From contig OX597814.1 of NCBI GenBank assembly GCA_951406725.2, positions 38,130,001 through 38,194,000 of the forward strand: a DNA stretch of 64,000 nt, read 5' to 3'. The notes under the pieces were generated by a model. That model did not search any database and had not been told where the DNA came from. It saw only the letters and a program-made list of their open reading frames with translations. Shown here one piece after another: positions 27,370 to 42,675 of the stretch (positions within the stretch are counted from its first letter, which is position 1; the number at the start of each line of letters is the position of its first letter). The position numbers and the translations under genes were made by a program. The stretch comes from Octopus vulgaris (lineage: Eukaryota).

Positions 27370-27590
27370 GGCGGTGAGGGGACAGAAACATTATCACTCC
27401 GGGCAAAATGTTTAGCGGTATTTCGTCTGTCTTTACGTTCTGAGTTCAAATTCTGCCGAGGTCGACTTTGCCTTTCATCGTTTCGAGGTCGATAAATTAA
27501 GTACCAGTTGCGTACTGGGGTCAATCTAATCGTCTGGCCCCAGTTCCGCAGAAATTTCGGGCTTTGTGACTTGGGTTGAAAATAATATTT
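27370..27590 (+). mobile_element. SINE family C with a Meta/MESC-like central domain
   Basis: GAGTTCAAATTC (B box), then GAGGTCGACTTTGCCTTTCATCGTTTCGAGGTCGATAAATTAAGTACCAG. The domain name is from recalled consensus. Confidence 0.8.
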
Positions 27591-27944
27591 GTGATGACAC
27601 CTAAAGACTTCCGTGGCATCTACTCTTTTTCGAGATACAAGAATAAGATACCTGGTCCGGACCAAAGTAGTAAGAAACAAGAATCCCGGCGGATTCATCT
27701 TTGGCTCTATAATTTTATACGGTTCTTTGAAATAACCATCATTAAGAACATTTCACAGCACCATGCCTCCCACTTAATATATGAAATTTTGCCTTTTAGA
27801 GACTAATCTCTAATCTATCTCGCCCTTTCGCTCTCTCGTTCTCTTACTGCCTCTTTCTCTCACTCCCCTCTCTCTCTCTCTTTGTCTTTGTCTCTGTTAA
27901 ATCATACATACAAATGCACATTTATATATACATATATACATACA

Positions 27945-28343
27945 GGCAAGGCTGAGCAGTAAGAAGCTGGCTTCCAAGCTACACGGTTCCGGGTTCAATC
28001 CAAGTGCGTTGACCCTTGGGTGTTTTCTACTATAGCCTCGGGCCGACCAAACACTTCTGAGTGGATTTGGTTTACGCAAAAGGAAGAAATCCCGTCGTGT
28101 GTATGTGTGTGTGTTTATGTTATCTTGGTGTCTGTGTTTGTACCCAAATCAACACTTAACATATGTTGGTTTGTTTACATCCATGAAAATTAGCGGTTTG
28201 GGCAAAATCACGATAGAAAAAGTACTAGGCTTAAAACATATGTCCTGAAGTCGAGTTGTTCGACTAAATATATTTTCAAGGCAATGCTTCTGTAAGGCCT
28301 GTCACAAATGGCTGAAACAAGCAAAAGAATAAAGGAATAAAAG
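27945..28343 (+). mobile_element. Family-A SINE, diverged
   Basis: Head, central domain and tail are collinear with 42187-42585. Confidence 0.8.
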
Positions 28344-28688
28344 AAAACACACATACATACATGCAAACACAAATAGACACAAAGATACATATACATATAT
28401 GCATGCACATATGAGCCATAAGTGAATCAGTGCAGCTCGTAATACTATTGGATGTAGGATTATAAATATATATATATAGATATAAAAGTGTATGTTTGCA
28501 TGTGTGTACATACACACATACACGGACAACAAATATATATATATATTTGAGTATACATACATACACACACAAACACGTACATATATATACATGTATATAT
28601 ATAACTATATACATATATATATGTATATGTATATATATATCTATATATATGTATATGTATATAGGTATATATATATATGTATATATGA

Positions 28689-28777
<89 letters not shown>

Positions 28778-28852
28778 AATACGGAGATAGATATATACAT
28801 ACATAAAAGAGAAATATATATGTGTGCATACAGATATATAGTCATATCTGTT

Positions 28853-28891
<39 letters not shown>

Positions 28892-29204
28892 GTAAGTACA
28901 CCTAATTCTTGATTGATAATTTTTTACTGCTACGTGTACGTGTGTTTGTGTATATATGTGTGTGTGTGTGTGTTTGTGTATTTTCATGTGCGCTAGTTAT
29001 AAAGATGTAACGTGGCTAGCAACATAAATTTCTCAATAGTATTTTCTACAATATAACTATATATTTTCTAGAGATGATTGTTCTTCCTGTCCCTAGTTAG
29101 ATGCATCTCGGTAAATATACTTAACTATCTATCTGTTTATATTTCTCCTGATACATATGCATGTATGAATATATATAGACATATATGTATATATATATAT
29201 AGAT

Positions 29205-29273
<69 letters not shown>

Positions 29274-30727
29274 TATATAATATCATAGGATTTATGAAAT
29301 ATAAAAAGGTATTTTGCATAGTGTAAACTATATCTGACACGGTCTCACTATTTTGTTGATGATGTATATTTCATGTTATGTCTTTAACAAAAGTTGTCAT
29401 ATAACTTAGGGCTTCGTCTCAAACAGGTCTGTCATTCACTCTTATAAGCACACACTCTCTCGTGATAAATATACGTGTGTGTATGTGCATGTCCGTTTAT
29501 CTTTCTGTATGTATATATATTCATGTATACATATGAATGTACGCAGAAAAATAAACATACGTAACACATATATGTTCATATATGGGTGTATGTATGAAGA
29601 CATGTTTATGTATGTATATAATATTTATATATGTGTGTGTATGGGTGTGTGTGTATTTTTACGTACGCATGGTAGTGGGGATGCCTTTTATTTAACTCCT
29701 TTCCCAGACTTGCGTTTCGAGAAGCAAAAGCCAATGCGTATCTTGGTGCATTTGTACATAAAAATGAAAAGGCAAACCATATGCCCTCCCTTACGTATGC
29801 TCTGCATGCGTTGAGGCAACCTGTCATTCTTCTACGTACATGACTTCGTCTGTGTACGTCTACTGTCTAGCTTACATTTTCGCTTCAGTTCTAAAATGCA
29901 CGCACCGTTTTTCTTTCTATCATAATTTAATTATTTGTCGAATCGATACACACTCTTTCTCTGTCTTTATTCCTTTTTTCTCTTCTTCTGTCTCTCTGTT
30001 ACTTTACCGCTCTCTCACCTCCTCTCTCCCCTTTCTCTCTCTCTACGTTCTTTATTACTATTTCTTCCCGCCGTTCTTCCTTTCTATTTCCTCTTTGATA
30101 TATTTTATGTTTTTTCTCTCTATCTTAATTTATTTTCGTGTCTTGCTTGTTTTGATTTTATTTTTGATGTTTCTTCTCTGTTTTTTTTTTTCCTTTTCTA
30201 TTTCTTTCTTTCTTTCTCTCTCCTTTCTTCCTTCCATCAGTATTGATAAATAAATTCCTATGCAAGGTAGCGTATTGGCAGAAATGTTAGAGCGTCGCGC
30301 GAGCTGCCTTGTTATAAAGCTTACAGCTATTTGAGTTCCGGCGGCAACACCTGCGACGGCATCGATGTCGAAGCATAAACGACTCGTGCCTTTGCATGTA
30401 CGAAGTCAGTGGCATGGAGACGGAAGACATTCATGTAAGGAAACGGCTAATCTGCAATGCAAACACCCTGACGTGTGATTAGGAGAGACATATCCAGGTG
30501 CAGATCTCACTCTCTCTCTCTCTACTTTCTCAATTGCTCACACACACAAATGCGTGTATGTAACACACACACTCATCCACTCTTTCCATCTCCCGCTCTC
30601 TCTCTCTCCTTCCGTATACATATATAGCTGTATATGCACACAATGTTAATGCATATATCGAACGAAATGCGTGTACGTACGTACACATACATACACACAC
30701 ATATATATATACATAGAAAATCATATA

Positions 30728-31608
30728 TGATTGATTGATTGATTGATTCTAGTTTCAGCTCATGAGCTGTGGCCATGCTGGGGCACCGCCATTTGGTGTT
30801 GCTACTTGGTTTCACTTCATGGAGGCTTTCTAGCAACTGCTATTTGGTGCATGAGAGAGTTCGATGCAGCTGCCCTCATCTGCCCCTCCTGCCGTGAAGT
30901 TGGTTCATCTGGGACACCTGACAGGAAGAGATCCAGCTTCATTTTAAAGACATCTGTATCCACCCCATGCAGGTCTCTCAGGTTCTTCGGGAGGATATTG
31001 AAGAGCTGTGGGTCTCGGAAGCCCAGGCTATCACAGAATCTTGTCCTACATCTTGATGGCAGGTTTGGAGTCCTAGGCACCACGCAGTGGCGCCCAGTTC
31101 TGGCATTTGCGTAACTCTCGATGCCAAAGTTCAGGACACTTCCCTCCAGGATCTTCCAGATGTATATTATGGCATATCTTTCCCGCCTACGCTCCAGGGA
31201 ATATAATTTTATTCTCTTGAGTCTTTCCCAGTAGCTTACATTCTGCATAGAGGCTATCTTCTTTGTGTAGCTTCGTTGGATCGCCTCAAGTTCTGTGATC
31301 AACTTGACACTGGTTGGTGACCATAGCTGAGAGCAATAGTCAAAGTGGCTTAGGACAAGTGTCTTCCAGAGGACCATCATGGTTTCTTGTTCTCTTGTTC
31401 TAAAGGTTCTAAGAATCCATCCAGCCAGCCGTCTACATTTCATTGTCAGTTTAGCAACATGTACATGAAAGGTCGCGTCATCACTCATGTGAATACCCAG
31501 GTCACGCACTGATTGTGCCTCTGGGATTGCAATCCCTCCGGGTCCAGTGTATTCATTGGGTATTGCATTCAGTTTTGCATGCTGATAGTATAAAGCTTGA
31601 AACTTTCC
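30728..31608 (-). mobile_element. 5'-truncated CR1-type LINE (ORF2 C-terminus, 3' UTR and (AATC)n tail)
   Basis: One uninterrupted frame from 31608 to 30817: [80 protein letters not shown]. This is the typical CR1 post-RT region. Confidence 0.93.
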
Positions 31609-31648
31609 ATGTATATATATATATATTTATATATATATATACGTATGC

Positions 31649-31682
<34 letters not shown>

Positions 31683-31785
31683 ATGTGTGTGTATATATAC
31701 ATGTATTTGTATGTATATATATACATACATACTTACATATATATATATATATGTTTATATATAGATATATACATATATATATTTG

Positions 31786-31857
<72 letters not shown>

Positions 31858-32617
31858 TGTTCCTACTTATGTGTATACATGTTTATATATGCAGGTAGCT
31901 GCATACATATATGCACGCGTATATACAAACGATAATCAGGAGACAAATACACAGGATTGTTTTCGTCTGTGCAAAAGTGAGCATGCGTGGTCGTGTGAAC
32001 GTAAGCGCCAATATATGAACGTGTGTTTTTTTTTTATCATACGTTTGAGGCACATTATATAAACTTTTTATGTTCTGGATACGCTTTTCTTCTACCTTTC
32101 TATTTTTCTCTTCTCCTTTCACTATCCCATCTCACATTCTTCGCACTCGTCTTCTGCCTTTGTTCTATGTCATTCGCTTTATCGCACGCATTCGTCTATT
32201 CAGTCAATCAGTTCTCCTACCGTGTGTTAGGTATCGATTAATTTTGTCGACATTCTCCCCAGAATGCTTGCATGAAGCAACTGTGTTATCATGTGTTCTC
32301 AAGCAATCTTCACATAGTTTGATATTTTTGGTTTTTCATATATAATGTCCTTAAAACTCAAGAAACATAATTAACCATGTTTAAGAAATGCAAGTAGAAG
32401 ACGTCCAAGACAAAAAAATTAAAATATCCGAGAAGATAGTACCAACTAAAAAGAACTATTTATGTATACATTTATACGCATATGTGTGTGTATATATACA
32501 CAGGCACACACACACACACATATATATATTTATACAAACATATGTATATATATGTTTGTGTATATGTATGTATATATATATATATATATGTATGTGTGTA
32601 TGTATGTATGTATGTAT

Positions 32618-32705
<88 letters not shown>

Positions 32706-32815
32706 GACGGCTTTTCAGGTTCCTTCTACAAAATCCACTCACATTGATTTGGCTGGTCCGAGTCTTTAGTAGTAAATACTTGCCTATATGCATACACACA
32801 TTCACACACACACAC

Positions 32816-32860
<45 letters not shown>

Positions 32861-32897
32861 CATGTAAGTATATATATACATATATATATATATATAC

Positions 32898-32979
<82 letters not shown>

Positions 32980-35900
32980 ATAAAATATATAGGAGAGAAA
33001 GCGGGAGCGAGGGGGAGAGAGATAGAAAGAAAGTACGAGAGAGAAAGGGTTTTCATAAAGCATTGCTTGATATATGTAACCCTGTTCAATTATTATCTTT
33101 TTAGAATAAATCCAAATCAATGTATGTTAAAAGAAATGTTTCGTTTCGATGTTTAATACTATAGCGTTATATTACATTATATCAAGGTTAATATCTCTCC
33201 TTCAGAAAAGTAGTCATCTCGGTGCTTTTTATATTCCATGTACATGAAAATATCATCACATGTAAGTGATTGTTACCTTGATACTCAGTGGACGTACATC
33301 TCCGCTGACAGGCTGTTGGTATTTATAGAATGTTAAAAACTTTAAACACCTGAACCCGGAACAATGTGGTTGAGAAGGACACTTCTTACCACGAAGCTGC
33401 GCATATATCCATGCAGTTTTTTTTCCTTAGGTGCAATTGTAAGTAGCTCTGGTTCCACCCTAATTAACTGTGCATAAGAAAATTGCGTACTGATCGTGAT
33501 CATTGCGCCTTTGATTCAGTTATGTTGAAATGTTGACTACGTAATCCAAAGCATTCAAGTGGCCATGCGGATTTTAAGTGATGGGATGCGAGTGGAGGTA
33601 TATCTGATAGTTATTCCTTGCAGGACGAGCGTTAGATTAGACGGCCGTTGGTATTTAATTGTTGTAATTGCTGCTATTTTTTTTTTACATTATGTTCTGG
33701 TCACTTTCTTATTTGAGAGATAAATATAAGACAAATGTCTTTAATAATATACTGCCGTACTGCACATTGTGTAAAGCCACTTCCATGTAAAAGCATTGTA
33801 CATCTGGGTACAGTGACTGATAACTAATGCCACTTCCGTCTTATCTATAAATAAATCAAGCAGATGGATTTCTGATATGACTTTGTTATATCAGTCTGTC
33901 CATCTATTTAAAGATTTTAAATTAAATTTGACTTTAATTTTATATTCATGTGATATTGTATCATATTTAAAACGTAGTGTAAAATCACGAATGTTATTGT
34001 CACATTACTTCATAAGTAGTTTGGTAATGCAGTCATCTATATCTAATAAGAATACATGAGATTAATGTAATACAAAATGGTGAGAATAATATACTGTATC
34101 CTTTTAGAATACTCTTGGCTTTCATGATCAGATCTCATGAAAAGATTACAAAATGAGAATTGAGGGGGAGTATGGGTTAGGGTCAGCAGAACGCGTGAAG
34201 AAAGCAAGTTCATTTTTTGGTACACTATGTCTTAACATAAAGTATCTGGGATTACTTTTAGAAATTAAATGTATTCTAATTTATTCATTGTTATTAATAT
34301 TTTATACCTATTACATAACTAAGTTCTATTTTCACTTTCTCTTCTCAATACGTACGTCTTAATTTCTACCAAAGCTATGCTATAATACTGAAGTAGAGAA
34401 TATAATTTTTCTCTCCAATTATTTTATTAGTTTTTGAATGTAGTACACATCAATCTATATGTCTACCGTAGAGATGATATAAATAATTGGAATTTAATTT
34501 GATATGGCATTATCTCCTAGATTCGTAGGTAGTAGTTCATAATATATACGTGTACATGGATACTTTGTTGAATCCACAAGAGTATGTGCGAGACTACACA
34601 CTTGAAGTTGCATGGATCTGAGACTAACTGTTCTCAAATAATACGTTACTCCTAATAAATATGTTGAGAGCATATTTCGTTTCGGGGGTTAGAATGAGGG
34701 GCATGTATCCATACATATACATACATTTATGAAATATACGAATAGATATATAAGTATATACATACAAACAAAGATAGAAAAGACGGACTGGAATGTGTGC
34801 AATAAGTTAGTAAAACAACTATCTTTCATAATACGATTCAGCATATTTACCAAGAGAATTCTTGAATGACCTCATAATTGCTGCGTTTAGAGGAGACGCC
34901 GCTTTTACAAGTGTTAGGATGTTGCATCCGGTATAGAGCTATTGAAATATACTCCAATTTTCTGTGGACCTCTAAAGAGACTGCGTAGAAAAGAGGTGTT
35001 AACTCGTCATAAAGAACCATATGAAACATATGTACACACACACGCACACAGACACATACTCACACATACACACACATACACAACCACATGCACACGTTCA
35101 CGCGCATACATACACTCGCATATGTATTTGTGTTAGTATGTACGAATATATATATGCATACGCACATGAGAGTGTCTATTTAATAATAACATTTCTAAAG
35201 ACGTAATTATATAGACTTGTGTACTTATATCGATATATGTGACGAATGAGCATAAATTCGAAACAAGTACAACGAAAATAACAAGTTTTCACGCTTGAAT
35301 AGAAACAGGAAGAAAGGAAATGGGAAAATGCTTTGACGTTTCGGATATGAAATCTTTCCTCATTAGAGCGATCAAAGAATAAAGATAAGGATGGAAAGGA
35401 GAGAAAAGGAGCAGAAAAAGAGAGGTTTTGGAACCGGATGGGAAAGTAAATCTGCTAGGAAGTGTTAGAAAGAGAAGACGATGTGAGGAGTTGAATCCAA
35501 ATAGACGAGAGAACCTGTGTAAGGATAGGGACATAAGTGTGCGTGGTGTGCGTTGCAGGTTGTTAAATGTGGATGATCGGAGTTGAGTGGAATGTGAATG
35601 CGGCAAATTTGAGAGGAGCAAAAAGCAGAAGAAAGTGTGAAATAGTTAAGTAAAAATTAGCTGAGAAAAAAAATTAAGCAATTACAAGACCCCAAAAAAG
35701 GTTACACTGCTTAGCAGTGAGTGGTGGGAGTGATAGGCAAGAAAATGTCCATCAGAACAACAAAATAGGTGTACACTATATCTTCTGATAATCAGCTAGG
35801 CTGATCGCAATATTTATACCTGTACCACTTCATATAAAGTAAGTTACATCGAGTTACTCTAAGTGAAGGCAGCCGCAATGCAAGAAAACTGCTTCTAATG

Positions 35901-36415
35901 AACATCTACCACGAGGAATAGCTGTAAAAATCTACCTGAACTCCTGTACATTTTGCTTGAGTGATTATCACTAGTGATTGAAGTTAATTACCTGATTACT
36001 CTAGTTTGAACTTCAAATACAGACTAAACCAATTCTGTCATTTCTCATCCAATTTTTGGATTCTGGTGTATGTCAGGTAAATATGAAGAGTCATTCTTCG
36101 ACACCCTCTGCTGTCTCTTTTAAGTTTATATAATATGCACTCTCTGCTACCTTAAAATTTGGCAAGTGTAAGTTCATATTTTCTTCCAGTACTTCAATGC
36201 TTGCACATATACAAACACACACACATACACACACAAATACCACACAAGCGCGCGCACACACGAGCGCACACATGGTGCACAGATTAACACACACGCACCC
36301 AAGAATGTGTGTACACACGCACATACACACATGTATATATATATATACACATACATGCATCTATAATTTTCGATATATATCTGAGTATGTATGTACGTGT
36401 GTATATATGGAAATG

Positions 36416-36463
<48 letters not shown>

Positions 36464-36892
36464 AGAGAGGCACACACAGATGGACAAATACTGATCGATC
36501 AATCGGTAGATAGATAGATTGATAGATAGATAGATAACGCTATGTCACTTTTGATTGTATTGATCAGTCTTGATATGAAAACGTATGCTGAAACAGGAAT
36601 TATTGCGCTATTGGTGGATCTTTGTACTCTCAAGTCAGACACTGGTTCTATTTAACTTCTTTATTGGTAAATCATTAGTAAGCTATTGATTAGTTCGTTG
36701 ATCATATTACTTATCCCCACATCTGGGAGATATTGAATATCATACATACATACATACATTTATACGTACATAAGTGCATTAATTTACGTATGTATGAAGA
36801 GGTAGAGAGAGAATGAGAATGTGCGTGTATACTGATGATGTATTCATCTACTTTTTCACCTTCATTTCTTCCTGTCATATCTTATGTGTGTG

Positions 36893-36933
<41 letters not shown>

Positions 36934-37031
36934 ATGAAAAAATGAGAAACTGGAGCACTAGGACGCTGGTATCCGTTGATGGAATTTAGTTCCTTGTCTT
37001 AATAATACATGTTTATACACTCACACTCACA

Positions 37032-37079
<48 letters not shown>

Positions 37080-38174
37080 GCTTATCGGCACATATGTTTA
37101 CATATCCAAATAGGTATGCTGACAGACATACGGATGTATATGTGTGAGTATGCGCGTGTGTGTAAATATAGATATACATATGCACCTATACATCTACATA
37201 TCCAAAAAAAGAATTCTGAATATATTTGAATGTATGGAAAACTCCTAGGAAATTTATAGATTTGGACATTTAGATGAGAGGTACAGTGTTTCAAAATTAT
37301 TTCTGTACAATATAACCGTATGCTTATACTTGCCCCGTGAAATGTGTATAACTGTTATAACTTGTGTAGAAAAATTTACATATAGCAAATTGGAGAGGAA
37401 TACTATCTCTTGTAGAAAAATACTATCTAGGAATTCGCGTCTGAAGAATACCTATATTAAATGGGTCTTGATAAAAAAATTGTATTATAGGAAACTTCAC
37501 CTATTATTTACAGTATTTTCCAGTCGAGTAGCCCGCGTATGAGTGGTAGTTAACGTAGCACAAATTCCTACTGAATTCCCTATCTTCGTTGTCTGTCATG
37601 TAGTATGATCGTTAAGCAATAGTGGAGTAATAAAAACCTGGTCTCCTGTGTATTAATTGAAAATGCTGAAAATTTCAGCACCTTGAGAAAAGATTTCAAC
37701 ACATTACCAAACGATTTTGATGTAATATATTCTAACCAGGGCTACGTCAGAGATTTCCACTTTGCATCAATAAACACATACACAAACTCTCTCTCCCTCT
37801 CTCTCTCTCTCTTTGTGCCTATCTCTCTCTCCTTCTCTCTCTTTGTCTCTCTCACACACACATACACCTATATATATATATCCGGTTGTACGCGTGCGTG
37901 TGTGTTTGCGTGTGGATATATAGATAAATGTAGGAATATGTGTATGCTTTGTGGACGATCCTTCAGAAATTTGATTCTATTTCAAAGTTAGTGACCATGT
38001 TCCAAAACCGCACCAAAATATGGAAGCCAGTTTGCAATGAATCTTTTGCATTTTATCCTTTACTTATCTCCGAACGTTTGACTGCAGCCTTTCAAGGGCA
38101 GGGCATTAAAGATATTCACACACACGGACATACATATACATTCACACACGCATATATGCATGTATACATACAAT

Positions 38175-38231
<57 letters not shown>

Positions 38232-38233
<2 letters not shown>

Positions 38234-38400
38234 GACGAGTTTCTTTTAGTTTCCGTCTAACACATACACTGACAAGTCTCTGGCCAGTACGAGGATATCG
38301 TGGATGTCACTTGCCCAAGGTATAACACATTGAAAATGAACCCGGTTGAGAAGCAATTTTCTACCATACACCCGCGGTTGCACCATTCCCATAGACAATA
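38232..38400 (-). mobile_element. Family-A SINE 5' half, diverged
   Basis: CACTTGCCCAAGGT..TTTCTACCATACA and TTTCCGTCTA homology. Confidence 0.65.
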
Positions 38401-38429
38401 TAGTAAAACATGATGGCATTCTAGTAGCA

Positions 38430-38610
38430 ACGTAAATTTTTTCAGCAAATTTCACCAAACTGCCGTGCAAAATGCTTCGTGGTATTTTGCCTGTCGCTAC
38501 TTAAATTCTACCGGGGTCGATAAATTAAGTACCTGTGGCATACTGGGTTCGATCCAATCGACTGGCCCCATTCTACCAAAATTTGTGACTTTGTGCCTAG
38601 AGGAGAAAAG
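38430..38610 (+). mobile_element. Family-C SINE, diverged
   Basis: GGGGTCGATAAATTAAGTACC..TACTGGG..ATCGACTGGCCCC, as at 27486-27541. Confidence 0.7.
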
Positions 38611-39076
38611 TGTATATTTCACCAAACTATCATACACATTTCAAAACTGTATTCAAGGTTTTAAAATACGATTTCGATCTTCGGAAAGCTTTGTAAATTT
38701 ACGACGTGAGAATTGTAAATCAAATATTTTTCTATCTCTAATTAGAGAACTTTAATATGTATTCTTTACTAACTTTGTGACACGTATAAAATATGTGCTG
38801 GTCAAATTGACATATTTTGTGCTGCATTGAATGCCTTTTGTCTAACAAGCAATTTAAAAAGGTGATGTTTGAGTCGGCATCCAGTGAACTCTATAGGGAG
38901 CCTATAGTTTCCGTGAAGAACGCAATTCTGAGAATGCTGGACCTATTTGACCTGTTTGGGATTTGCCTTCTCTAGAGATGACAGCTAAGAATTTTAAGCT
39001 TTATCTTAAGATCTCCTTGTTATGGATAAATAAATCTTTACGAATAAAATGGATATAGCATAAAGTAATTTTTTTG

Positions 39077-39610
<534 letters not shown>

Positions 39611-40223
39611 AAGATATCTGGTATGCATATATGTTGTGATTGCTGAAATTTCTTCAAGAACGTCTTTGATAACAACGAGCAATATATATTTAGAATATTT
39701 TAATAAAATTCTAACCGCCAATTTTCAAATATTTCTAGAGAAAATTTCATACAAATGTAGCATTAGGAGATATTGCAAAGCACTTGTGGTTATTCGTACT
39801 CCTAAATATACTATACCTTGTAAACAATTTATTTTCAGACATTTTCAACTATATTCTCTATTATGGTATTTAATATTTCCGCCATCCCTTTTTCATACGA
39901 TAATCATTCGTCCTATAGTGTTAGTTTATCCTATGGCATCTACAAAGTGATCGCAGTAGTATACGAAACATAGTTTGTAAGATTATTACATATAAAATAT
40001 AAGAAACACGGATTAATAATTTTTGAAGTGTCAGTATTATTGGGCAACAATATCAGATAAATCTTTACCACCATCTGGATTTCATAACGTGAGTGCATAT
40101 GTATAAATGTGTGTGTGCGTGTGTGTGTATGTATGTCAGCATCACTCCATACCAAGCACATAGTTATATAAATATATATACACGCACTCATACTTATGTT
40201 CAAACACACACTCACACACATTC

Positions 40224-40294
<71 letters not shown>

Positions 40295-40629
40295 TATAGA
40301 TATATATAAACCCACGCAGATAAAAACATGTACGTGTGTCTGCGTACTTAAGTACATGTATAGGTGTGATCTTAATAAAATAAACTCCTCGCAACTGAGT
40401 TAATGATTAGATTAAATTTATCAAAATAATTCAAAAAATCAATTATTATCACATACGTATATTGTGATAGTTCGTGTTTTCGCCTGTAACATAATTGTAG
40501 TAAGTTGGTACCAAGAAAACGTTTTAAAATTATACATCTATATGTGTTCTATAAGTAAGCCATATTTTCTTACATATAGTCTTACATGTTTGATATACAC
40601 ACACGCACACATATATTTCAACAAATAAA

Positions 40630-41150
40630 TAACGGGTTGTTCGAATCGCCGCATGGATATATCAACGGTAGACCTGATTGAACACAACCAACGGAAATAA
40701 ACAAGACACAACACGCAGAAAAATAAACGATAGCATAACAATCGGTAAAGAGGACAAAAATCAAGGAGCACGGATCATTCACAGTCGATTTCCTCTCCAG
40801 TCGGTGTCCGGAAAGTCCTTGTAGCTTCGCGCTCCTTTATCTCCGAGACTACTCGAATCCGGCGAGCGCCAGGGACTTAAGCTGAAAGCAAATGAGTGTA
40901 TATAAGTATGAAAACAAGAACGGAAACAAAATCGAAATAGGTAGAATTATACAAATACAACGGAACGCCTTTCGGCTATATAACACAAGGAGAAAAAACT
41001 GTAAACAAATACACTGTAAAAAAATAAAGCAAAACAGAAAGGTTCTTTTGGCAATCGGACAAACGTAACATTATGAAATAATAATACCAGTGAAACAAAA
41101 AAAAAAAAGGATTATACATATACAACGGACAAACACCTTTCGGCTATGCA
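40630..41150 (-). mobile_element. Diverged relative of family X
   Basis: The reverse complement aligns with about 54060-54250 (AGCTTA..GCCGGAT..GGA..TCCGG..GACTGRAGA..AATGAYCCGT..TTTTTGT). Confidence 0.55.
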
Positions 41151-41614
41151 GAAAAAGCAAGATAATTGTTCAATTGCATCATAAATTTTTAAAAAATGGG
41201 CTTTGAAGTATGAGGCGTAGATGTGGCCGTGTGGTAAGAAGCTTTTTACTATACACACGAATGCGTGAAACTATAGCCCCATGTCGACCAAAAATTTTGG
41301 AGTGGATTTGGGAGTAGATTGAGACTGAAAGAAACCAATCTTTTATATATACTTTTGATATATTCAACCGATGACGGTAAAGCTTATTTAATTCAAAACC
41401 AGAAATCCTGGATCTTGAATTATTCAATAATATTTTTTGCTAGTCTATTTTGTCCCTCTGTCTTATCTCATGATACGATATGAACATTTAACGTGGTTTT
41501 TAAAATTTCAGCATAGTGGTGTCTCTCAGACACCTTTATTTTTAGTTATATATATATATATGTATATATATATGTATGTATGGATGGATGCATGTATGTA
41601 TGTATGTATGTATA

Positions 41615-41994
41615 TGGCACTCCGTTGGTTACGACGACGAGGCTTCCGCTTGATATGATCGACTGAACAGCCTGCTCGTGAAGTTACCGTATGAGTAGCT
41701 GAGCTCACCACAGACACGCGTAACCTTAACGTAGTTCTCGGGGAGATTCAGCGTAACACAGTGTGTGACAAGGCTGGCCCTTTGAAATACAGGCACAAGA
41801 GAAAGAGGAAGAAAGAGTGAGAGAAAGTTGTTGTGAAAGAGTACAGCAGGGATCGGTACAACCGCCTGACGCAGCCTCGGGGAGCTTTAGGTGTTTTCGC
41901 TCTATAAACACTCAGAACACTCGCTCTGGGAATCGAAACTGCGATCACCCGACCGCGAGCCCACTGCCCTAACCACTGTGCCATTGTGCCTCCT
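41615..41994 (-). mobile_element. Full-length family-B SINE
   Basis: The reverse complement has the tRNA head GGCACAATGGCACAGTGGTTAGGGC..GTTTCGATTCCC and the same body and tail as 19087-19414. Confidence 0.9.
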
Positions 41995-42186
41995 CACACA
42001 CACACACGCGCACACACACGCATACACATTTATAAAGGGCATTGGTATCCAGATGACCCAAAGAGTGGCAGGTTATGCTATGTAAGAGCGAATGACAGAT
42101 TATAGTTAAACACTTGGTTCGATCGTGATACGAGTGAGGAGTTTAATGTGGCTCTTGTACTGACTTATATATATATATAAGATCCA

Positions 42187-42585
42187 AGGGTGGCTATGTG
42201 GTAAGTAGCTTGCTAACCAACTACATGGTTCCGGGTTCAGTCCCACTGCGTGGCACCTTGGGCAAGTGTCTTCTGCTATAGCCCTGGTCCGACCAATGCC
42301 TTGTGAGTGGATTTGGTAGACGGAAACTGAAAGAAGCCTGTCGTATATATGTATATATATGTGTGATTGTGTGTCTGTGTTTGTCCCCCTAGCATTGCTT
42401 GACAATCGATGCTGGTGTGTTTACGTCCCCATCACTTAGCGGTTCGGCGAAAAGAGACCGATAGAATAAGTACTGGGCTTACAAAAGAATAAGTCCCGGG
42501 GTCGATTTGCTCGATTAAAAAGGCGGTGCTTCAGCATGGCCGCAGTCAAATGACTGAAACAAGTAAAAGAGTAAAGAGTAAAGAG
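42187..42585 (+). mobile_element. Near full-length, well-preserved family-A SINE
   Basis: Head, CCTTGGGCAAGTGTCTTC core and tail ..GACTGAAACAAG(TAAAAGAG)n. Confidence 0.93.
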
Positions 42586-42675
42586 TATATGTGCGTGTGT
42601 GTGTGTGTGTTTCTGTGTGTTAATCAAGAACAGATAACAAAGCCAAAGCTCTGAGGAGTTTGCAGAGCATTTATA

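Noticed and set aside
27130-27800. IADD and IRRDSCFLLL resembling RT motifs around a SINE
   Set aside because: Too degenerate to support a LINE call.
37320-37555. Possible short Helitron relic
   Set aside because: The 3' hairpin and CTAG are degenerate and no 5' TC end was identified.
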